Part shown: positions 40,113 through 52,339 of the stretch, piece by piece | Numbering within the stretch: the first letter of the stretch is position 1 | Layout of the letters: each line of letters starts with the position of its first letter | Program-made: the position numbers and the translations under genes | Notes under the pieces: generated by a model | What the model saw: the letters and a program-made list of their open reading frames with translations, nothing else | Told to the model about the DNA's origin: nothing | Databases searched by the model: none | Source of the DNA: Octopus vulgaris | Taxonomy: Eukaryota | Assembly (NCBI GenBank): GCA_951406725.2 | Contig: OX597815.1 | Span: forward strand, 150,412,001 to 150,476,000 | DNA: 64,000 nt | Direction: 5' to 3'

Positions 40113-40430
40113 GAGCGTCGAGCTTACGATCGTGAGGTTGTGAGCTCGAATCCCGGACCGGGCTGCGTGTTGTGTTCTTGAGCAAGGCACTTTATTTCAC
40201 GTTGCTCCAGTTCACTCAGCTGTAGAAATGAGTTGCGACGTCACTGGTGCCAAGCTGTATCGACATTTGTCTTTCCCTTGGATAACACTGGTGGCGTGGA
40301 GAGGGGAGGCTGGTATGCATGGGCGACTGCTGATCTTCCATAAACAACCTTGCCCGGACTTGTGTCTAGGAGGGTAACTTTCTAGGTGCAATCCCATGGT
40401 CATTCATGACCGAAGGGGGTCTTTACCCTT
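40113..40430 (+). mobile_element. tRNA-derived SINE, family D (CORE-like central region)
   Basis: B-box-like GCTCGAATCCC, then GTGTTCTTGAGCAAGGCACTTTA; tail CTTTACCCTTT. Confidence 0.7.
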
Positions 40431-40434
40431 TATA

Positions 40435-41078
40435 TATATATTAGAAGAAATGAGGTAATCAGAAGATCGGATGGTTTGTATTTACAGATATTTATTTATA
40501 TATTACATTTTTTTACATATATATCATATCACTTAGTTCATTAGCGCTTTCTCCCATTCTAGTGGGGTTTTCAAATGAAAATAAGTTCCTTTGCTGGGGA
40601 TTTTAATCATTTTATAGTTTCTCGTTGTGATGGGGAGGAATGTAAGACAGTGGTCAAAACTGAAATTCTTAGAACCCCCTTGGAGTCAATATCCTGTCCA
40701 GCAGACCAAACAACTTCTTTCCTCCTTCTTCCCTCTCCCTTCCCCCTCTTTCTCTTTAGCAATCACCTCAGATACAAACACACACACACGCACACACACA
40801 CACATACACACATACACACATGTTCTCCCTCTCACTTTCTCCTCATCCACCTCACCCTCTTGTACTGTCTTACATTCCTCCCCACCACAACCAGAAACTA
40901 TAAAATGATTAAAATCCCCAGCAAAGGAACTATTTTCATTTGAAAACCCCACTAGAATGTGAGAAAGCGCTGATGAACTAAGTGATATGATATATATGTA
41001 AAAAATGTAATATATAAATAAATATCTGTAAATACAAACCATCCGATCTTCTGATTACCTCATTTCTTCTAATATATA
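40435..41078. mobile_element. Fold-back element with ~215-bp inverted arms, flanked by (TA)n
   Basis: 40435-40651 is the reverse complement of 40864-41078 with few mismatches. Confidence 0.85.
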
Positions 41079-41103
41079 ATACCTGTACATCATCTCCAAA
41101 CCT

Positions 41104-41144
<41 letters not shown>

Positions 41145-41148
<4 letters not shown>

Positions 41149-41890
41149 CTTCCCATAAATAATGCAGTTTTTATATTTTTTATTTTTCAAAATTAAGAAA
41201 ATAAAAAAAAAATTATTTTTAATCAAAAATATACACTTCATCGTTATCTACAATGCTCTTCCATCTATCTGGCAGACTTGCAAGGTCAATCTTCGAAAAT
41301 TTACTTGTCCGTGATGAAAAATACTCCTCCAGTACTGTTCTGACCTCGTCTACAGAATTCATATTTTCTTTCCGTCCAAATGATTTTGAAAACTGCGGAA
41401 TAAATGATAATCATCTGACCAATATGATGGGTGGGGCATTGTTTCCCATTCAAACTGCTGCAGCCTTTCGAATATCATACTCGCTGTATGTGGCCGAGAA
41501 TTATGATGATGGAATACTTTTCATCTTGAAACCAAATATGGTCGTTTTTCTTCTAGCGCTGACTTACGCCGCTCAAGCGGCTCGCAATAGATCTCCTTTG
41601 TTATCGTTAGGTTTGGGTTTAAATGTTCAAAGTGGACTAAACTTTTCATATCCCACCAAACAGATAACCTCTTACGTGGGTGAAGACGTTCTTTAGCCTG
41701 GGGTGCCAGTCTTTCTCCTTTCCTACCCACAGTCTTCAGCGCTTGACATTTTTTAGGGAACGTTTCCCGTCACCAGTCACTATTCGGCCTCCAAAAGGTT
41801 CATTCATGAGACATAACAGTTTTTATAGCAAGTCGATATTGTTTCTTAATTCATCGGGGATATAAAACTGACAAGAGAAAAGAAACACAT
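41145..41890 (-). pseudogene. Decayed mariner transposon (transposase fragment and one end)
   Basis: VTGDGK (cf. VTGDEKW) and LHPRKRLSVWWDMKSLVHFEHL..TITKEIYC motifs; TA-flanked end at 41145. Confidence 0.8.
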
Positions 41891-42114
41891 GTTCTAAAGT
41901 TTTAAAGAGAGAAAAATACGAAGGAAAAACGCAGAGTGATATTGGAATCTGTTGTAATAAGTGTAATATATGAAGTCAGAGATATAAAGAAATTTGTGCT
42001 CCCAGTTATACACTGCCATTTCAAAATAAGGATCGTAGGGTAAAGAGCTAAAAATATTAATAACCTTCCAAAACTGCAGCACATCCACACATATATATAT
42101 ATATATGTGTGTGT

Positions 42115-42154
<40 letters not shown>

Positions 42155-42199
42155 GTGTATGTAATGTATGTGTATGTAGGTAATTATCTCCCTCTCTCT

Positions 42200-42247
<48 letters not shown>

Positions 42248-42269
42248 TTATGTATGTGTATATGTGTCA

Positions 42270-42490
42270 CCTTTAAACGGAATCTGGACAAATTTCTTCA
42301 AAGAATACCAGAGAAGACTCCCAAAGAATACCGAAAAATAGATACAACACACTAAATTTGCTCAACAACTCACCCTACTCGAATGGACCATGATACCACA
42401 AAACTCGACTTAAAAAGGATTTGCCTAATCTTATCAAGTGGTGCTATTAACTTAGACAAGTCCTGGACCAATCCTTTGTCGAAATATACG
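42270..42490 (+). mobile_element. 3' end fragment of a second CR1-like LINE family
   Basis: TFKRNLDKFLQRIPE matches the typical ORF2 terminus FKxxLDxFL. Confidence 0.5.
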
Positions 42491-42591
42491 TAAGTTATCT
42501 AAGCTTTATATGTATGTATATACACTATATACACTATATATACACTATATATACACTATATACACATACATACATATGTATATATATATAT

Positions 42592-42645
<54 letters not shown>

Positions 42646-42662
42646 CGATCGATCGATCGATC

Positions 42663-42772
<110 letters not shown>

Positions 42773-42980
42773 CGAGCTAGTAGAAACGTTAGCATAGCAG
42801 GCGAAATGTTTAGCGGTGTTTCGCCTGTCTTTACGTTTTGTGTTCAAATTCCTCCCGAGGTCGACTTTGCCTTTCATCTTTTCGGGGTCCATACATTAAG
42901 TACCAGTTACTTAATGGGTCGATGTAGTCGACTGGCTCCCTGCCCCAAAATTCCGGGCCTTGTACCTAGTGTAGAAAAGA
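42773..42980 (+). mobile_element. SINE family C
   Basis: GAGCTAGTAGAAACGTTAGCA...GAGGTCGACTTTGCCTTTCATC..CGGGGTC..TAAGTACCAG. Confidence 0.8.
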
Positions 42981-43903
42981 ATATATTTGTAAGTATGCAT
43001 GTATATGTTTTTATGTATGTATGATACAGATGTCCTGTAAACTTTTAAACATTAAAATGCTAAAGAGAGTTTTGCATTACCGTTTATTCATACACACAAA
43101 CACTCACACACACACATACACACATATATATACATTCAAGCAAGCATACATACATAAATAAATAAATATACATATATATACACAAACAAATATGCGTACA
43201 TACATACGTAAGAAATAATATATTATTTAGCTATGTTAAGTGCTCCAAATAGTTGAAACTCAACAGGGAGTGCCAAAAATTATTGATGGCCGCAATTAAG
43301 CGATTTGCTATATACGTGCAGGAAAAAGTTAATGTCTGAGATCAAAAGTAATATTTTTGGAGTGTCGTATACAAAAGCAATTAGGGGACCGTTGCAATTT
43401 CAACAAACATATTTCTAATTAAATTTTATGTTATCAACAAACTGACAAATTGTTAAAAGGAGTCATAACGTCTCAAGTTCACCTAGGTGTATTCTAATTA
43501 TAAGGAGACAGTTTATAACAAATATGTACAAATACGAAAGTGAAGATAAAAAGGGTTAGAAGAGTCGTAGGTGTAGTGTAATTATATTTGAGTGATGTTG
43601 ATGACTAAATTATTAATACTAATTTAACAATCGTCAGTAAATGTGATGAGAGGTGAAAATTAAAACAACTCGGGTGACAGAATTAGAGATTGACGACTAC
43701 CGTAATACTAACTAATATATATGTATACATATAAGCGCGCACACCTGTGAGTGTGTGTATATATATATATATGTATATGTATATATCTATATATATATAT
43801 ATATACATATAATATATTATATATATATATATACATATATATATACATATATATATATGTATATATATATATATGTGTATGTGTGTATGTATATATATGT
43901 ATA

Positions 43904-43959
<56 letters not shown>

Positions 43960-43963
<4 letters not shown>

Positions 43964-44215
43964 AGTAGGGAATATAATTCCAAGACTTATGGGGAAAAAT
44001 TCAATTTAACAATTTTAAATCAAATTTCACAATATAAATATAGTCTTTTTACTACTATTTACTATTTATTTTACTTTATTAATTTAAAATAAGTTTTTTT
44101 TTATTGTAAATGTTGTCTATATAGTGTGAATAACATCTTTCTTTATTGAATTGTTTAATAGTGTTTTTTCTCTAAATATATATATATATATATATATAAC
44201 CCCACCATTTATTGA

Positions 44216-44251
<36 letters not shown>

Positions 44252-44803
44252 TAAATTAGGGTATCTACGAGATACCACCATGCTGAAAGTTGCAGCCATG
44301 ATCTGACTCTAAAGCCACCTTAATTGTCCATATATCAACACGGAGTGAAAAAAAGAGACAAAATGAAACTAGTAAAAAATTACTGGATAATTCCAAATCC
44401 CGGATTTCTGACTTTGCATTTAGCAATGCTTTGCCTCGTCAGTAGAATACACACAGAAGAGAAACATAAATTCATATATATATATATATATATAAATACA
44501 ACATACGAATACTTACATATATGAACGTATACCTACATATATATGCACGTATGCATCATGGCCAGTTCAAAATGTCCGCCGTTTAATTCCATGTGAGATA
44601 TGGACAAAATAACGCCGCAGTAAATACAGTGACGAAATAAATTTAAATTTATATAAATAAGGATAATATCGTTAATTTGAAAATAAAATAATGATTTTAT
44701 CAAGTGGTCAGCATGGAAAAAATAGCCTTCAAAGGTAATATTTATAAAAATGATAAATTAAGGGTATCTCGTAGATACCCTAATTTATATATATATATAT
44801 ATA

Positions 44804-44895
<92 letters not shown>

Positions 44896-45082
44896 TAATA
44901 ATAATAATAATATTAGGGGATATGATTCCAAACTTACAGGGAAAAATTCAATTTAGTAATACTAAATCAAATTTATAATATATAATATATGTATAAAAAT
45001 TAGATAGTATATTTAATTTTTTATATATGGTATAATTTAATTTTATCATTGTTGAATTGCTACATGGTAGTTCTTCTCTAAT

Positions 45083-45085
<3 letters not shown>
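43960..45085. mobile_element. Cluster of short AT-rich, (TA)n-separated non-autonomous elements (probably PLE pseudo-LTR derived)
   Basis: TAGGGAATATGATTCCAA and TTTTCTCTAAAT modules recur at 9199, 9770-9843, 43966 and 44914; GATTTTATCAAGT.G.CAGCATG recurs near 3908, 4948 and 44694. Confidence 0.55.
44391..44447 (-). ncRNA. Type I hammerhead ribozyme motif (variant with an extra A before GAAA)
   Basis: Minus strand: UUCUA-CUGACGA-GGC-AAA-GCAUU-GCUA-AAUGC-AAA-GUC-A-GAAA-UCC-G-GGA-UU-UGGAA. Confidence 0.65.
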
Positions 45086-45134
<49 letters not shown>

Positions 45135-45398
45135 ATTTTGGGATGGTCATCTTTCTTTGCCACATAAACACACGCACTATATATTTTTTCTTCATTCGTT
45201 TATTAATGTTCTTATTTTATTATTTTAACTCCTGTCCATTATTTTAACTCCTGTGGCCTCTTCAGCGACACTTTCCGTTTTCGTGTGTATTCTTTCTCCG
45301 TTTACTCCATTCTCTTCTTCTAACAATATCGGTTTCAACACACGATTTGACAACTCAAATTGATAACCGTATACACACACATACACACACACACACCC

Positions 45399-45457
<59 letters not shown>

Positions 45458-45664
45458 TTATTTATATATTTCAGTTATTTGACTGCGGCCTTACTGGAGC
45501 ACCGCCTTTTAGTCGATCAAATCGACTCCCAGGACTTATTCCTTGTACGCCTAGTATTTATTATATCGGTCTATTTTGCCGAACCGCTAAGTTGCTGGGC
45601 TGTAAACACACCAACCTCGGTTGTGAAGCGTTTGTGGGGGTGGGGGATAAACACAGGCACACAA

Positions 45665-45711
<47 letters not shown>

Positions 45712-45951
45712 TAACAATGAAGGGTGAAATTAATTAATTTGGAATAATTATCAATTACACCAAGGAAAATTTAAGTAATACTAAGCAATTAAGGGTTTAG
45801 CAACGAATTGCCTTACCACACACCGAATTTAGAAATAGCAGTCAAAGAGATTATAGCTAGCTGTGGCTTCTAGCTCGCTCTGATACTGAGTTGAGTTGGT
45901 GCCTTCTAGTATCTCAAAATTCAATATTCAATCATTCATGATTGTTTGTAT

Positions 45952-46043
45952 CCTGCGCTGATGAAAGAAGAAGTCTGGGTAAGGTAGAGTTATCTAATTC
46001 TTATGCTTTCCTAAGACTTGATCTCGAAACGTGCGTCCGTAGG
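45952..46043 (+). ncRNA. Type I hammerhead ribozyme motif, copy 1
   Basis: CCUGCG-CUGAUGA-(long stem II with AAGUCU/AGACUU)-GAAAC-GUGC-GUC-CGUAGG; predicted cut after 46037. Confidence 0.75.
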
Positions 46044-46537
46044 TGACTTAAAACTGTATGATAGATTGCCGTTAATTCATTCTCTCTTACCTGTTTGTAT
46101 TTGCCTTTCAAATGCTGTGTCTTTACTGTGATCCCCCTTTTAGTAGAAGAAATAGCTATAATCTCTTTGACTGCTATTTCTAAATTCGGTGTGTGGTAAG
46201 GCAATTCGTTGCTAAACCCTTAATTGCTTAGTATTACTTAAATTTTCCTCGAATGAGGCTTTTACATGCCGAAGACTACTTGGTGTAATTGATAATTATT
46301 CCAAATTAATTAATTTCACCCTTCATTGTTACTCATAACCATATTCATCCCAGTAAATGACCACAGCACTTTGTGTTGGCTGCACGCGGGTGGGAAGGGA
46401 CTGGTGACACAAGCTTTCATTCATACTTTGAATTTGGTGATACTAGCTGTGGCTTCTAGCTCGCTCTGATACTGAGTTGAGTTGGTGCCTTCTAGTATCT
46501 CAAAATTCAATATTCAATCATTCATGATTGTTTGTAT

Positions 46538-46629
46538 CCTGCGCTGATGAAAGAAGAAGTCTGGGTAAGGTAGAGTTATCTAATTCTTATGCTTTCCTAA
46601 GACTTGATCTCGAAACGTGCGTCCGTAGG
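46538..46629 (+). ncRNA. Type I hammerhead ribozyme motif, copy 2
   Basis: Same sequence as 45952-46043, 586 bp downstream; predicted cut after 46623. Confidence 0.75.
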
Positions 46630-46824
46630 TGACTTAAAACTGTATGATCGATTGCCGTTAATTCATTCTCTCTTACCTGTTTGTATTTGCCTTTCAAATG
46701 CTGTGTCTTTACTGCGATCTCCCTTTTAGTAGAAGAAATAGCTATAATCTCTTTGACTGCTATTTCTAAATTCGGTGTGTGGTAAGGCAATTCGTTGCTA
46801 AACCCTTAATTGCTTAGTATTACT

Positions 46825-46855
<31 letters not shown>

Positions 46856-48015
46856 GACAGGTTTCTTTCAGTTTCCGTCTACCAAATCCACTTACAAGGC
46901 TTTGGTTGGCCCGAAGCTATAGTAGAAAACACTTGCCCAAGGTGCCACACAGCTGTACCACTTGAATTACAGAAAAGATTCGCTCAACCAGCTCCTTATA
47001 TAACATTTTCGTCTCTCTAAATTCTCAGTGTAGTTTCTCATCAGGTACATGGGGCTTTTCATGTTGAAAATAATCTGTCGCTGTGGAGAGTACAAAAACG
47101 AGCTGGTAGTAAAAATAAATGGGTTCAGTCCCATTTCTTGGCACCTTTGGTAAGTATCTTCCACTATAGCCACGGACCGACTAAAGCCTTACAAATGGAT
47201 TTGGTTGACGAAAATGAAAGACACCCGCTGTATATTAATGTATATGATAATATTGTAAAAGGATTAGTTGACTGATCGTGGCAAGACGCAGTTTGTTAGT
47301 CCCTAGTATAAAAACGGTTTGTATGGAGAACAAAGATGGCGTGATAATTGATCAATAAATTTATAAATCAAAAGCATCAATTACAGCTCGTTCCATATCG
47401 AGATTAGACAGAAAATTCCGGTAAGATGACAGGTGTTATACAACTCAATTTTGAAAGCAACAAAGGCTGTTCATAATGTGAACCAAATCTGTAAATAAAT
47501 GGGATGGGATACGTCGTTGCGTTCTACTATTGTTTCTAAAGCACATTTGATATATGTTACATAATATTACATATGTCTTGTAATTGGCTAATGTAGCTTC
47601 TCGTCAGGTACATGGAACTTTTTTTGTTGATGAAAATCCGTAGCTGAAGAGAACACAACAACTTGCTAGCGGGAAAAAAAGCTGCAGTAGATATTAGAAT
47701 TAGTAAAAAAAAAAAATCAACGTATGCCTTACTTGCCAATAACTTCAGTGAGATAGATGTGTATGGCTTCATTTCGTTATCAATATATTCAACTTTTAGT
47801 TGCCGGAGAAAACTAGATTTTAATCTCATTATTGCTTATATGGCGTCAATGCAAGAAGATCAGTGCTTTCTGAGTTGAAAATGTATTGCTTATGAGAAAT
47901 AAATTGAGTTATAAAAGCTCTTACTGGGAAGGAGAAATGGGAAAGAACAGAAAAGGCAAAGTAAGTTGATAGTCGAGAGTTACCTATATATACACACACA
48001 TGAATACACTGCTGT

Positions 48016-48050
<35 letters not shown>

Positions 48051-48834
48051 ATAACGAGGGAGAAAGTCTGTATATGTACAAATCTCTATTACATCATCAT
48101 TGAGGATTTTTCAGCACTAACTTGAAATAACCAATCAGAATTATATGCCAGTCGAGTTTGAGAGGTGGTATCATTATTGCTGAGACAGTTTTGCACTCTC
48201 ATATTAGTACTTCGCATTCGTGCCAAATTACGGATTTTTTCAAACATGCTCCAATTAGAGAAGACCTCTGTGCTCTTCGAACCCCTGGAAGAATTTGACA
48301 GAAATCACCACCTAAAATTATCAGTTTGCCACCAAAGATCAAGTCGTTGTTCATTAAATTAGTCACCGTTCGATTCAGAGCTTCAAATAGATAACGATGA
48401 CACATGGATGCCTCGTCCCACACAATCAATCAAGCGTGCATAATGAAGCAAATGGCCAGTGACATCAAGAGGAGATATTTTGAATTTTGAATTACTGTTT
48501 ACGGTATGGAGAGCTTGAATCGAGAGTGAGCAGTGAAACCTAGCTTCAATAGTATCGCAGCTGACGATGTGGCAATAGCTAGTTGGTTATATAAGACAGT
48601 AATATATTAAGAAGAAAATTCATGCCAGTACCACCTGATGGATCAATAAATATCAAACCACCTTCATTTCTATCAATTTTCTGTTTAATGTTTTTGAAAA
48701 ATGATTCTCGGGTCATTATGTAGCATATAGATGTGTACATTGAAAAATTCTTCTGCATTTGGATCCATCTCATCTTCAAGTAGAACACTATTCATTCGGA
48801 GAACATGAATAGCAGCAGGCAATCCAAAAAAATA

Positions 48835-50269
48835 TTGTACTACGGTCATGTTGACCCAAGCGATGATCCAATTCCTTGAAGAAAATGACTTGCTGCCTGA
48901 CACTCAACATGGTTTCCGACCAGGAAGAAGCTGCTTAACTCAGCTCCTACAACACTATGACTGGGTGCTGAAACGACTACTCAACCACTCAAATGTGGAA
49001 GTCATATATCTCGACTTTGCAAAGGCCTTTGATAAAGTCGATCATGGAATGCTATGTCACAAACTGCGTGATCTTGGCATAGTTGGAAAATTGGAAGAGT
49101 GGCTTCATGACTTTCTGAAGGATAGAAGTCAGGTGGTAGTAGCCAATGGGGTCACTTCCACTAACACGCAAATAGTGAGCGGTGTTCCGCAGGGCACTGT
49201 TTTGGGACCACTACTGTTCATAATGGCCCTCTCAGACATGCCCTCAGCCACGCAGAGAGCCACGATCACAAGTTATGCAGATGATGCAAAAGTTTCACAG
49301 GCAATACAAAACCCTGAAGACACTAAGCACCTGCAATGTGAGCTGAACAAAATATACAAGTGGGCTGACAAGAATAGCATGCAGTTCAATGCTGAAAAGT
49401 TTCAAGCTCTATGCTATCAGCATGCAAAACTAAATGCAATACCTAATAAATACACTGGACCTGGAGGGACTGCAATCCCAGAGGCACAATCAGTGCGAGA
49501 TCTGGGTATTTACATGAGTGATGATGCAACCTTTCATGTGCATGTTGCTAAATTGGCAATGAAATGTAGGCGGCTGACCGGATGGATTCTTAGAACCTTC
49601 AGAACAAGAGACCAGGAAACCATGATGGTCCTCTGGAGGACACTTGTCCTAAGCCACTTTGACTATTGCTCTCAGCTATGGTCACCATCCAGTGTCAAGT
49701 TAATCACAGAACTTGAGGCGATCCAACGAAGCTACACGAAGAAGATAACCTCTGTGCAGCATATAAGCTATTGGGAAAGACTCAAGAGATTGACACTCTA
49801 TTCCTTTGGGCGTAGGCGAGAAAGATATGCCATAATATACATCTGGAAGATCCTAGAAGGACTTGTCCCAAACTTTGGCATCGAGAGTTACACAAATACC
49901 AGAACTGGGCACCACTGCATAGTGCCAAGGACTCCAAATTTGCCATCAAGATGTAGGACAAGATACTGTGATAGCCTGGGCTTCCGAGGCCCACAGCTCT
50001 TCGATATCCTCCCGAAGAACCTAAGAGACCTGCATGGGGTGGATGCAGATGTCTTTAAAATGAAACTGGATCTCTTCTTGTCAGGTATCCCAGATGAACC
50101 AACTTCACGGCAGGAGGTGCAGATGAGGGCAGCTGCATCGAACTCTCTCATGCACCAAATGGCAATTGCTAAAAAGCATTCGTGAAGCAAAATCATGTAG
50201 CTACACCAAATGGCGGTGCCCCAGCATGGCCACAGCTAGTGAGCTGAAACTAGATAAATAAATGAATAA
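48835..50269 (+). mobile_element. 5'-truncated CR1-group LINE with probable 9-bp target-site duplication AAAAAAATA
   Basis: RT ORF plus 3' tail; AAAAAAATA at 48826-48834 and 50270-50278. Confidence 0.9.
48848..50185 (+). CDS. CR1-group LINE ORF2, reverse transcriptase domain to C-terminus (uninterrupted, 445 aa)
   Basis: QHGFRPGRSCLTQLL, YLDFAKAFDKVDH, SGVPQGTVLGPLLF, YADD, RDLG. Confidence 0.92.
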   Translation: MLTQAMIQFLEENDLLPDTQHGFRPGRSCLTQLLQHYDWVLKRLLNHSNVEVIYLDFAKAFDKVDHGMLCHKLRDLGIVGKLEEWLHDFLKDRSQVVVANGVTSTNTQIVSGVPQGTVLGPLLFIMALSDMPSATQRATITSYADDAKVSQAIQNPEDTKHLQCELNKIYKWADKNSMQFNAEKFQALCYQHAKLNAIPNKYTGPGGTAIPEAQSVRDLGIYMSDDATFHVHVAKLAMKCRRLTGWILRTFRTRDQETMMVLWRTLVLSHFDYCSQLWSPSSVKLITELEAIQRSYTKKITSVQHISYWERLKRLTLYSFGRRRERYAIIYIWKILEGLVPNFGIESYTNTRTGHHCIVPRTPNLPSRCRTRYCDSLGFRGPQLFDILPKNLRDLHGVDADVFKMKLDLFLSGIPDEPTSRQEVQMRAAASNSLMHQMAIAKKHS

Positions 50270-51599
50270 AAAAAAATAAATTCACACACCATAAAATTCA
50301 GGGCAGTATCCAAAGCTGCTTCATGAGAAAAATTATATTGCTTCTTTTGATGGAAGTAATCCTGGCAAAGATCTTCGCGAAACATGTATAATTCTAGTGG
50401 TCTAGATGGAGAGCAAAACTGAAGAATACTGACAAACAAATTTTATAAATCCTTCGCTGAACATATTGTTCTTGCCTCATTTAGACAGAGTTCTTATTCT
50501 TGATCATTTTCTAATAGATTCATCATTCGACATGAGTGCTTAAAATTTTCGCAAACACTGTTGTGATTAAATTTTCAAAGCTTGTCGCACCCGCTTTATG
50601 TTGAAGTAACAGTCTCAGATAAAATAGCTCCCCTTGCGGTGGATGTAATGCGTACACTCTACCAATAGCTTCCGGAATATCATCATTTTGTCTAACTCTT
50701 CTTCTCCAAATTTTATTATTGTTATACCAAGTATAATGTTGTGAAAAGTCACAATAGAGGATATCTTTTGCTAGGGGATCTTCTTCATTCATCTTGAAAT
50801 ATGCTGTCAATTTGGTCGATCTATTTTTTGCTAAAGCTTCTTGTACATGATTCGGATTAAACACTATCATCTGTTGATCTAGCAAGTGTATTGACAAGCA
50901 TTCAACAGCAGGCTGCCCTTACTGAATTGAAAACTCAAATAATCTCCAGCAAGCCTCTCTGATGCTCCAATATAGAGGTAATTTTCGTAATTCGAAATTT
51001 GATTTTCATTGACAACATTAACACGCACGCCATTTTCTTGTCTGTGTAAAGAAACTGTTGCATGGTCAACACTTTTGAAAATGTACTTGTAAAGATATTT
51101 CACAGTCGTAATAAATGCACATCATTCAAGATTAATATGCGCCTCGTACTTTTGCAACAACCAAGCATTATAAGGAACTACATAACGGTTATCAACAACA
51201 ATTTCTCTAATTCCAGTACGTATTGAAGCCGTGAAGCCACAATTTCGATGGATCTAGAGACAGGGGAAGACAAAATTCACTGCAAAATTTTCAGTAACTA
51301 CAAATGGGGAGTGGCATGAATTGTTTAACAGGAATCTGGGTTCTAAGGACGATAGGTATGTAATCACTGTGTGCATCATCTAATGAGCTATGTAGCTTGG
51401 TAGAGTTCCTTATAAAGTTATCGTTACAAAAGGGGAAGAACAACCTTGTAAGGTTAAAATTGAATTAAGGTTTGTTATAACTACTTTCTCTCCCCCTCAT
51501 CTTCTCTCTTTCTTTCTCTCTCTCTATTTCTGTCTCTCCAATATCCAAAACCGCTTTGCATGCCTGCTACACACTCTGAATGAATGAGACAAACGGCAG

Positions 51600-52236
51600 C
51601 GCTCTACGTTTGTTCGCTCGATAACATTCTACTCTTTGAATACAGATTGTATTTAGCGCATCGTCCCCAGTGATGCAAAATTGTGTCTTTGCGTCAATAC
51701 AAAGCAGAGGAAAAATAAGCAACACCTTGAAGCAGCATACACATAAGACAAGTAGCTGCTAATTCATTATGAAATGCTTGAACACAACCACCAGGTCAAC
51801 GCAGAGCTTTACGTTCAGCAAATGCATCGCTTCAAAGAGGCAATCCAGCTAAAATAACTCGTGCTTTTTTTAACACTGCAGCACACGCCACCACGTCGCT
51901 AATTTGACCTAAATTGTTATCCAAAAGCTCGATTTAGAAGCCCTGCCGCGGTCACCGAACACTCCTGACATGGCATTTTCAGATTATCTCCCTTCTTGAT
52001 CGCTCTTCAAAAGTCTGCTACGTTTCAGTAAGAACATGGCTCGATGAATTTCTCGAGTGACGATTGAATGATTGCTATAGTCAAGGCATTTACAAGCTAG
52101 TGGAATGCTGGCAAGACGTTGTACACATGAATCTCGGTGCATGGGTTCTTTGTTAATATTTGTTAATATTGTATAAGAAAAATGACGAATAAAATAAAGG
52201 AGAAAAAAATGAACGAATTTATCTGCCAGCCCTTTA
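51600..52236 (+). pseudogene. Decayed mariner transposon, 3' part
   Basis: LEALPRSPNTPDMAFSDY (cf. HPPYSPDLAPSDY); TIR-like end GAACGAATTTATCTGCCAGCCC. Confidence 0.7.
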
Positions 52237-52272
52237 CATATTTTCCTTACCACAAAAGCACAGACAAACTCT

Positions 52273-52336
<64 letters not shown>

Positions 52337-52339
<3 letters not shown>

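Larger units (their letters stand above)
45708..46826 (+). mobile_element. Retrozyme/Penelope pseudo-LTR-like element: inverted 5' arm plus 1.65 tandem copies of a 586-bp hammerhead-bearing unit
   Basis: 45857-46240 is repeated at 46443-46826 (3 differences seen); 45708-45859 is an inverted copy of 46152-46335; (TA)n on both sides. Confidence 0.85.
48060..51260 (-). pseudogene. Decayed Helitron RepHel gene interrupted by a LINE
   Basis: NRYVVPYN, KYLYKYIFK, IGRVY..GELFYLRLLL..GATSF, degenerate Walker A (IDPSGGTG), IVWDEASM, FGGKLIILGGDFCQILP (PIF1-type helicase). Confidence 0.85.

Noticed and set aside
41253-41696. 147-aa plus-strand ORF
   Set aside because: Antisense to the mariner remnant
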